A DNA stretch of 64,000 bases from an uncultured Alphaproteobacteria bacterium (GTDB lineage: Bacteria > Pseudomonadota > Alphaproteobacteria > Rs-D84). Of the stretch, positions 35,444-43,900 are shown one piece after another. The notes beneath the pieces are model-generated. The model was not told the DNA's origin and made no database searches. It was given only the letters and a program-made list of their open reading frames with translations. The position numbers and the translations under genes are program-made. The DNA is taken from assembly GCA_934272785.1 (NCBI GenBank), contig CAKQSE010000007.1:1151-65150 (forward strand), read 5' to 3'. Each line of letters starts with the position of its first letter. Within the stretch, counting starts at the first letter, position 1.

Positions 35444-36955
35444 ATGACTAAATTGCCAAAGTTCTTGTTGCGTGCGTCACTGGTTGTGGCGTTGCCAATC
35501 ACGGCAAATGCCGCGGGCACATATTACACTGGGAATTACCAATCGCCCCAGACGCGTTACAACACTCAATCATATGCGTCGCGCGGATACAACACAAATA
35601 CGACCCAGACGCGTAACTATAACACAACGGGATATTCGGCATATTCATCAACGCGGCCAACCGTCGGCACCAGAACAGGCCAGGTGAACGTTGCGCGCAC
35701 AAATGCGCAGCCGACCACGACATCCAATACGACCAAGAAAAATGGTTTCTGGGTGGATGCGGGGATTTCGCACGAAAACGCCATGTGGCAGTTCGAGATG
35801 AAAGAATCATCGTCTAAATTGCACTATGATAACATCAGCTGGAACGTATTGGACTTGCGCGGGGGATATGTGTTTGACGCAGGTAGCACGAAAATGCAGA
35901 TTGACGCCGGATTTAAATACGGTATGCAATACGGCGACAGCAGTATGGTTGACGACGATATTACCGATGGTGGGTATTTCGTAACCCGCTGGGTAACCGA
36001 AGCGAACGAGGTTATTGGTGACCAGATTGGTCACGCGTTGTCGGTTGGGACCAGCAACGGCGGCGACATGTATGGATTTAATGTTGGGTTTGGTTTGACT
36101 GATTTCTTTAAATGGGGCAATGTGCGCGTGACACCGTCGCTGGGGTATCGCTATTTCAAATATAAATTGGAAACCAAAAAGAATTATGGTCTGTCGGTTG
36201 ATACGGCGGCGTGTTTCCAGATTGATGGCAGTGATGAAATCCAATGCGATCCGGCGATTATTGTTGAATTGGCCGATGGTACGCAACAGGTTTTGTGGCG
36301 CGACAGTGTGTCTGGCAAAATGGAAATCGCGTCAAATGCAAAATACATTGATACCCAGGGAACATATTATTATCAGCAACCCGGCACATCACATTCATAC
36401 GAGGTTGAATGGTCGGGCCCGTATCTGGCGTTGGATATGAATTATCTGATAAACGCAAATAATTCGGTCAATGGTCGTGTGGAATTGGGGCTGCCCAGCT
36501 ATACATCAACCGGTGACCAGCCGTATCGTTTTGACTGGGCACATCCCAAGAGTGTCGAGGACAAGGCCAGTATCGGTGGCGCAATGCACTTTGGTTTTGG
36601 TGCAAATTGGGTGACCGCAATAACGGATTCTGTGTCGTTGTCGTTGGGACTGACATACGATTACTATACCGTCAGCGACGCGGACGCGACAACATATCTG
36701 AACGGGACGTATTACACCGATTTGTATAATGCCCAGTTCACAAAATGGAAAGCGGACCATCCAGAATACACAACAGATTCCGAATCAGAAAATGCTATGT
36801 TGGGCAATGTTTCTGAGGTCGCCGGGGATGAAATCGCAATCAGCATTAAAAATCTGGAATCCCAGTGCAGCGGTTGGAAATGCAGTGCGTCCAAGGAAAT
36901 CGATTCGTTCTATCGTTCGTTGGGAATTCGCGTTGGCGTAAATGCCCAATTCTGA
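35444..36955 (+). CDS. Outer-membrane beta-barrel protein with an N/T/Y/Q-rich N-terminal region
   Basis: Signal peptide ...ALPITANA, about 80 aa of low complexity (YNTQSYASRGYNTNTTQTRNYNTTGYSAYS), amphipathic strands, and a C-terminal ...GIRVGVNAQF with terminal Phe. Confidence 0.7.
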   Translation: MTKLPKFLLRASLVVALPITANAAGTYYTGNYQSPQTRYNTQSYASRGYNTNTTQTRNYNTTGYSAYSSTRPTVGTRTGQVNVARTNAQPTTTSNTTKKNGFWVDAGISHENAMWQFEMKESSSKLHYDNISWNVLDLRGGYVFDAGSTKMQIDAGFKYGMQYGDSSMVDDDITDGGYFVTRWVTEANEVIGDQIGHALSVGTSNGGDMYGFNVGFGLTDFFKWGNVRVTPSLGYRYFKYKLETKKNYGLSVDTAACFQIDGSDEIQCDPAIIVELADGTQQVLWRDSVSGKMEIASNAKYIDTQGTYYYQQPGTSHSYEVEWSGPYLALDMNYLINANNSVNGRVELGLPSYTSTGDQPYRFDWAHPKSVEDKASIGGAMHFGFGANWVTAITDSVSLSLGLTYDYYTVSDADATTYLNGTYYTDLYNAQFTKWKADHPEYTTDSESENAMLGNVSEVAGDEIAISIKNLESQCSGWKCSASKEIDSFYRSLGIRVGVNAQF

Positions 36956-36968
36956 TAAAGGTTGCATA

Positions 36969-37586
36969 ATGTTGGCAAGGGTTCGTTCGTTATTTATTGG
37001 TGCAATGTTGGCGGTTGTGACGGCGGCGGCAAATGGCGCAAACCTGGGTGGGGTGGCGACGGTGAATATCACCAGTGATACCGCCGCCAATGCCAAGGAA
37101 ATGGCCATGGCGTCTGCGCGTCGCCAGATAATCAATGATGCGCTGGCGCAATATACGTTGCCGGATCAATTGCAATCGGCAATGTCGGAATCTAAATCGG
37201 CAGATTTGCGGAATCTGATTGCATCGACGGAAATTTCTGGGGAACAGCAATCAGATACAACATATTCGGCGACAATATCTATGACAATTGATGCAAATGC
37301 GGCGACAAATTGGTTAAATGCGCATGGGGTGCAAAACTGGTTGCCGGGCGCGACGTCGGGCGACGTATTTGTTGTGATTGCGTCAATGTCGGATCCGATT
37401 GCGAACTGGATTGAATTACAGAATATCGCGCGCACGGAAAAGATTGATTTGGGAACAAAATATATAAATGCGGGCACGGTTACGATGGAATTGCCATCAT
37501 CGGCGCGTCGTGATTTTGTGTCGGCACTGCGCAATGCGGGATGGCGCGCATCTGACGATAATGGCACGTTGCGTATTGCCCGATAA
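36969..37586 (+). CDS. Hypothetical secreted (periplasmic?) protein
   Basis: 205 aa from ATG 36969, 13 nt after the preceding stop. Signal peptide MLARVRSLFIGAMLAVVTAAANGA. No family recognised. Confidence 0.55.
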   Translation: MLARVRSLFIGAMLAVVTAAANGANLGGVATVNITSDTAANAKEMAMASARRQIINDALAQYTLPDQLQSAMSESKSADLRNLIASTEISGEQQSDTTYSATISMTIDANAATNWLNAHGVQNWLPGATSGDVFVVIASMSDPIANWIELQNIARTEKIDLGTKYINAGTVTMELPSSARRDFVSALRNAGWRASDDNGTLRIAR

Positions 37587-37656
37587 CTGGGGCAAGTATT
37601 CCTTGACTTTCTGGAAAAATTTTATACATTTCCAATCACAGAAAGGGACGGAAATC

Positions 37657-38526
37657 GTGAAAAAATTATCGCTGTTTTTATTCATGGCGTTATCGCCAAT
37701 TGTGGCGCATGCAGATGATGTGCTGGATATGGAACCGGCACCAAAAACGTTGAAATTAAATGTTCGGCGTATGGGATTGGAATTGTCTAAAACAACGGTC
37801 ACCAATGCGCGCGAATATGCGGATTCGCCGGTGTCGGCACTGAACGCGTCCAGCCAGGATTATATCAAGGGAATTTCTGATGTCGTGTTGGAATATAATC
37901 ATGGCCGGTTTAAATGGGACAATGGGCTGTTTATGGAATATGGTAAAACGACATTGAAACCATATGACGGTCCGACAACAACCGACCAAAATGCGGATAA
38001 AATTGAATTTACCAGTGACCTGTCGCACGCATGTTGGGATTTTTCGGGACTGAAATTTGGTCCAACGGTGCGTGGTGCATATGACACCCAATTCGAAGAT
38101 AACCCCGACGCCCCGCGCCAGCAAATTGCCCGTGTCAGTGCCGGTTTGTCACTGTTTGATCACAAGATTTTAAAGAGTTTATATGCAACGGGTCTGTATG
38201 AATATGACTTTACATACGGTCATGCCCAGACCAGCAAGACCGGTGTCGAGGCGGGCTGGCGTCTGGAATACGCGGTGCGCGATGGGGTCAAGATTTCCAG
38301 TAATGGTTACTATCGTGAATACCTGCATTATTCTGACTATGTTGGCACGGATTTGGAACGTGATTTGTCGGCGGTGTTGCGATTGGATACAAATTTGTGG
38401 TCTAACTTTACAATGGGGCCGTATCTGCAATATCGTCTGGCCAAGGCACGCGATGCCGATGTATATGGCAGCAATTTCATCATTGGTGTATCATTTAACT
38501 ATATAACAAAATTTGAATTGATGTAA
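37657..38526 (+). CDS. Putative outer-membrane beta-barrel protein
   Basis: GTG 37657 gives the signal peptide VKKLSLFLFMALSPIVAHA. The sequence shows alternating aromatic/hydrophobic strands. The in-frame ORF upstream of this start overlaps the previous gene. Confidence 0.55.
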   Translation: MKKLSLFLFMALSPIVAHADDVLDMEPAPKTLKLNVRRMGLELSKTTVTNAREYADSPVSALNASSQDYIKGISDVVLEYNHGRFKWDNGLFMEYGKTTLKPYDGPTTTDQNADKIEFTSDLSHACWDFSGLKFGPTVRGAYDTQFEDNPDAPRQQIARVSAGLSLFDHKILKSLYATGLYEYDFTYGHAQTSKTGVEAGWRLEYAVRDGVKISSNGYYREYLHYSDYVGTDLERDLSAVLRLDTNLWSNFTMGPYLQYRLAKARDADVYGSNFIIGVSFNYITKFELM

Positions 38527-38531
38527 TTTGG

Positions 38532-38558
38532 GCCGGCGCGAAAAATGCGCCGGTTTTT
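38532..38558. terminator. Bidirectional rho-independent terminator
   Basis: ccggcgc-gaaaaat-gcgccgg hairpin followed by a T-run, between convergent genes. Confidence 0.7.
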
Positions 38559-40956
38559 ATTTTATTACGCTGAATTCTGTGCGGGCGGCGTTGCCCAGTG
38601 CGTCGGATGTGCGAACGGTGTGCGTGCCCATCTGGACCGGGTGCGAAATAATTTCGCCAGACCGGGTTTTGCCGATAAAGTCATCGTCAACAAACCAGAA
38701 TATTGTCGCGTCAGGGCGCGGGGATATCGCCTGGAACGATACGTCGGCGATATCGCGATTATCGGTAATAACAATGCGGGTGTCGGCGGCGGGCGATATG
38801 ATTACATTTGTTGGATTGGCGTCAACGATTTCGTCCAGGTTGCATCCTGGCATAAATGGGGGTGGGGTGTGGCGCGTAATGCCCGCGCGCCGAAACATAT
38901 CCAGGTATTCTGTGTCCCAAAATTCATATACCGCCATATGTGTTGTCGCGGGTGATGCGTCGCATGCGCGCAATCCGGTTGCGTTATCAATTGCCACCGC
39001 GCGGTATATTGGTGACGTATCAATTGGCGATACGCCGGGAATAAAATACGCATAAACCGTCCGTGGGCAATATTGTCCCGCCAGGCCACCAACCCCATCA
39101 CACATCGGCACCAGTGCGATATTCATATCGTCACGCAGGAAATTATTATTCTGTATCGGATGGGCGCGTGCGGCGTCGTATGATGCGACGGTGTCGGCCA
39201 ATGCGAAATAAATCGGGGCGGCGACGCGTGCGCCTGAAAATGCGTTATTGGGGGTGCCGTCAAAATTTCCAACCCACACGATTAAAACATAGTCGCCAAA
39301 TATCCCCGCCGTCCATGCGTCGCGATATGATGACGATGTGCCTGTTTTCCAATAATGGCGAATTTGTGATGTTGTGCGGCGTTCAAATGGCACAGATGTG
39401 CCGGGCGCAGATTGACGTGCCAACATATCCAGGGTCAGAAAGTTTGCCTCGGGCGACAGGATTTGCACCCCGCGCGACATCGGCGTGGACATGTCTGTGC
39501 GAATATCGTAATGCGTTCCCAGGTTCGCCATCCCGGCGTATATCCTGGCCAGTTCGAACATTGAAACCTCGGCCCCGCCCAGGGCGATTGATATGCCATA
39601 GTGATTCGGGGATTTCAGATTTTCAACCCCGTAATCGGATAATATTTGATAGAAATTTCGCACGCCTATTTTTCGCAATAAATCAATCGCCGGAATATTT
39701 CGCGAATGCGTCAATGCCGTGTGCGCCAACACTGGACCGTAAAATTCATTGTCTGAATTTTCGGGGGCATATACGCCGAAACTGATTTTTGCGTCGCGCA
39801 GTAATGTCATGCCGTGAATCAGACCGCGGTCGGCGGCGGCGGCATATATCAACGGTTTCAGTGTGGAACCCGGGCTGCGTCGTGCGGTAACGCCGTCGTT
39901 TTCGCCATAAATTGATTTGTCAAAATAGTCAACCGAACCGATATGTGTCAATACCTGCATTGTTTTATAATTGACCAAAATTGCCGCCGCATTATTGACG
40001 CCGTGTGATTTGCGACGCGCGACCTGTTGGCGCAGGGTTTGTGTCAGGCGGTGCTGTAAATTTATGTCCAGTGTCGTTGTGATTTCTGACCGGCGCGGTC
40101 CGACATCAGACCAATAATTTTGTCGTGCGGCAATCTGGCGGTCTGTGAAATGTGGGGCGTCAAATGGCAAATCGCGCACGTTGTATGTGTTCAGTGGCAT
40201 ATCGGCCAGTGTTACCAGATTCGTGTCATCTGGGTGCGCCGCGACCCATCGCCGGACCAGGTCACCCCGCATATTCATAATGTTACGCATACCCGTTGCG
40301 GTGTTCAGACCGCGCCGCGTTGGGTTCTGGGGAATTGTGGCCAGGGTGATTGATTCTATCTGGGCCAGGTTGCGCGCCCGATGATGAAAATATACCAGGG
40401 ATGCGGCACCGACCCCTTCGATATTTCCGCCATATGGTGCCAGGTTCAGGTATGCGGTCAATATTTCCCGCTTGGAATAAAATGCGTCGATATAAATCGC
40501 CAGTGCAATTTGTTCCAGTTTGCCAATCGGACGTCGCGTGTCCAGGTTGTATAATATGCGCGCGACCTGCATTGTGATGGTTGATGCGCCCGCCGGGTGC
40601 ACCGCGCCACGCGCCCAATTCACGGTGGCGGTCGCCAGTGATACTGGGTTTATGCCCGGGTGATACCAGAAATATTTATCTTCGTATAAAATGGTGGCGC
40701 GGATGATGTCGGGACTGATTTCGTCCAGTGGCGTGAACAATCGATATTTGTCATCGGCCGCCAGGGTCAACCGCATTAAATTACCATTTCGGTCATAATA
40801 CGCGTTTGAAAAATGTGTGTGCGTCAACAGCGGTGGCGTAAAAAACAGTCGCACCGTCCAATACGCAACCAGCGCACCGGCAACACAAATATACGCCACG
40901 TGGTGGCGGCGTATATGTTGCCATATGCGATGAATAATCAGACTAGTCCTGGTCAT
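38557..40956 (-). CDS. pbpC: Penicillin-binding protein 1C (bifunctional transglycosylase/transpeptidase)
   Basis: GT51 motif ILYEDKYFWYHPGINP and transpeptidase SPGSTLKP (SxxK). It has a C-terminal PBP1C-type extension and sits immediately downstream of, and overlapping, an alpha-2-macroglobulin gene. Confidence 0.9.
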   Translation of the reverse strand: MTRTSLIIHRIWQHIRRHHVAYICVAGALVAYWTVRLFFTPPLLTHTHFSNAYYDRNGNLMRLTLAADDKYRLFTPLDEISPDIIRATILYEDKYFWYHPGINPVSLATATVNWARGAVHPAGASTITMQVARILYNLDTRRPIGKLEQIALAIYIDAFYSKREILTAYLNLAPYGGNIEGVGAASLVYFHHRARNLAQIESITLATIPQNPTRRGLNTATGMRNIMNMRGDLVRRWVAAHPDDTNLVTLADMPLNTYNVRDLPFDAPHFTDRQIAARQNYWSDVGPRRSEITTTLDINLQHRLTQTLRQQVARRKSHGVNNAAAILVNYKTMQVLTHIGSVDYFDKSIYGENDGVTARRSPGSTLKPLIYAAAADRGLIHGMTLLRDAKISFGVYAPENSDNEFYGPVLAHTALTHSRNIPAIDLLRKIGVRNFYQILSDYGVENLKSPNHYGISIALGGAEVSMFELARIYAGMANLGTHYDIRTDMSTPMSRGVQILSPEANFLTLDMLARQSAPGTSVPFERRTTSQIRHYWKTGTSSSYRDAWTAGIFGDYVLIVWVGNFDGTPNNAFSGARVAAPIYFALADTVASYDAARAHPIQNNNFLRDDMNIALVPMCDGVGGLAGQYCPRTVYAYFIPGVSPIDTSPIYRAVAIDNATGLRACDASPATTHMAVYEFWDTEYLDMFRRAGITRHTPPPFMPGCNLDEIVDANPTNVIISPAADTRIVITDNRDIADVSFQAISPRPDATIFWFVDDDFIGKTRSGEIISHPVQMGTHTVRTSDALGNAARTEFSVIK

Positions 40957-43900
40957 TTGTCACGGTGAATTTTGACGTATCCCCGGTTGCGCCAATGCCC
41001 GGATTATACATAGATTCGGCGTGGATGGGCGGAACACTGAATTCGCCCGATGTGGTCAACTGGGCCGTGTATTCAAATAATTCGCCACTGCGTGATATGT
41101 CGGCAAATATGACAACGCGGTCATCGCGCACCTGGGTAAAGTTTGCGTCGCCATTTACATCGCCATCAACGACAAATCCGCCCGGCAGTAAATCAGTAAT
41201 TGCGACATTTGGAATCATGTCTGTGCCACGTGCGCGTGCAAACACGCGAATCGTGACAATATCACCGATTTTTGCCGATGTAATGCGATTGCCCGCACTG
41301 TCCAGATATTCGCGCGAAACTGTCATGCCGTTGGACGCATCAACATCTGTTATTGGGTATCCGCGCGAAATCAGCGAATAATACGGCGCGGCGTTGTCGG
41401 TGCAAGCCGGGCATTTAATTTCAATGCGCGTCGCATTTTGCGGAACGGTGATGTGCAGGGCGGAATCAGCAACGGTGCCGGACAATTTTTCGCCATCGGC
41501 ACTGACCGTTATGTTGGCGATTGCGCCATCAGACGTCATTCCGTGCAGGCCCATTATCATCGTCGCCGCCGTAAATGAATCATAATTGCCACCGTCCAGA
41601 TATTTTTGCATGGATTTTGTCATATCTGGTGTGGTCGCAAAATAGTTGCGCACGATGTAATTATGCATTGCGTCATTTGCGACATTGTTGGTGAACATAT
41701 CGGTGTATTCAAAATCATCGTCAGATGTGCGGTATTTCGCAACCAGTGCGTCGGCCTGGGCGTCTTGGTGCATGATTTTGTATGCCGCGGCGATATACGT
41801 TCCCATCAGGTCACGCTGCCAATTCTTGATATTTTTGTCGGCGTATTCTTGGAACAGATTGATGTAATTTGTCGTGACAAAATTATTTTGCGTTATGACA
41901 AATATCGCGTGTGCGACCGCACGGGCGGACGCCGCGTCTGTGATGGTGCCACCGGCATAATCGCGCAAGAAATCAATCGCACGGTCGTGCATGTCGCGCG
42001 GGACGGTAAATCCGGCGGCGCGTGCCATGGTCAAGAATTGGGCAACGTATGCGGTTGTTTCGGCGGTCGTCGCATCGGTGGCGGCATTGCGTGCGGCGGC
42101 AACGTCAACCGACGCGGTGCTGGGCCACAATTCAAATGAACCGTCGGATGCCTGGCGCGATTGCAGGGCACGTATAGTGTCATCAATATGCGTGCGTGAA
42201 TTTGAATAACGTGTGCCCAGGATTGCATCATTTGGCGCGACGACATATGGCATTGTCGCAGACACAATTTGTTCGGTGCATGGGAAATCATAATTTTCCA
42301 AATACAAAACCAGTGGCCGCATCAACACCGACGCATTACCCGAAATCACCAGTTCGCGCGATGCGTTGTCTGGGAACATTGGTGTTGGTTTTGTGCGAAT
42401 ACGGGTCGTTGTGTCGTCAATAATTCCGGTGCGCGCCGTGGTCTGGAACGTGGTTATCGGGCGAACAGATATATCAGACGTCGCGGATGCGCGCGATTTA
42501 AATGCGCCGTCTGCCATGATTTCGGCATTTAATGTAATTTGCGCATTGCCCAGTTTATCGCCCGCCAAAACATTTGTTACAAACAGGCGTTCGGTGTTTT
42601 CTGGGATTGCGATTTTGTCGGTCGTGGTGGCCAGTTTCAAATTATCCGACGCGCGTGCGGAAATGTGTGCAATTGCGTCCGCACCTGTTCCATCGGTCAG
42701 GTTTGAAATAACGCCACTGATGTCAAATTTATCGCCCGGCGCAACAACCGTTGGCGCAGACATTGATATAACAACCGGTGATTGAACGGTGACGGTGGTA
42801 TCCGCACTGCCCATTGCGGTGGCGTTTGTGGCGACGGCAAATACGCGGACCGCACCATTAAAGTATTCTGGCAAATTAAACTTTATGTCACCCGGGGTAT
42901 TTGCGGTCACGTCAATTATACCGGAATAGAACGCCACCGGGGGCAGGGCGCGCCGCGCAAACGGGTTGTTCAATATTTGTTCCATTGCGTCCGGCCCCAC
43001 GTCACCGCCACCGGTTTTCGCAAATTCACGCAGGATTTTATATTCTGGCAACAACAGCGACAGCGTTTGATATGTCGTTACCTGTAATGCGGATTTTTGA
43101 AAGAAATATTTCAGTGGCTGGGGCACGGTGTATTTTGCTACCTGTAATATTCCTGTGTTGACCGCAAATATCATCATGTGCGCGTCGCGGTCCGCGGTGT
43201 ATTTGATATTCAATTTATGGTCACGAACAACATCGGGCACGTCCAGTTTGACGTTTATCCGATGTTCGTCCAGGTTGACCGAAAACGGTGCAACCGCATA
43301 CGCATATGGATTGGTGAAAATGTCGCGGCTGGCGATACTGCGCACAAATGAAACATTGACGTATCCCGTTCCAGAAAAATCATCAGGCACGGTTATATGC
43401 TGCACAGATGTGGTGGTGTCGGCGTGAAACCATTTGTATGCATAAACGCGATCGCGTTCAATTGTAATCAGGCCCGTGCCGGCGTATGGGGCGGTAATGC
43501 TGACCGCGATTTTTTCGCCAGGTTTGTATTCTGTGGCGGACAGTTTAACCTTTAATTCTGCATTTGTGTCAGATTTCATTTCGGCGTTTTGATTGCCTGC
43601 GACAAAGTATTCAATGTTGGCCAGTGCCTTGTCCGCAACGTCCAATATTTGAACGAAATATGTTCCCGGCGCGTCGGTATCCAGGCGCAGTGTGCGACCG
43701 GTGACCGGAATATCAATCGGACTTTGATTTATAATCTTGTCCCGGGTGACCGTTTGGTATTTGTAATATCCACTGTAATCCTTGACCAGGCTGGTTAAAT
43801 TTTCACGACGCACCAGGCGCATGCGCAACCCCGTGGCGGCGGCCGGTGTGCCAGTGTGGTCCAGCGCAACCAGATGAACATTACGCGTTGCGCCACGTGA

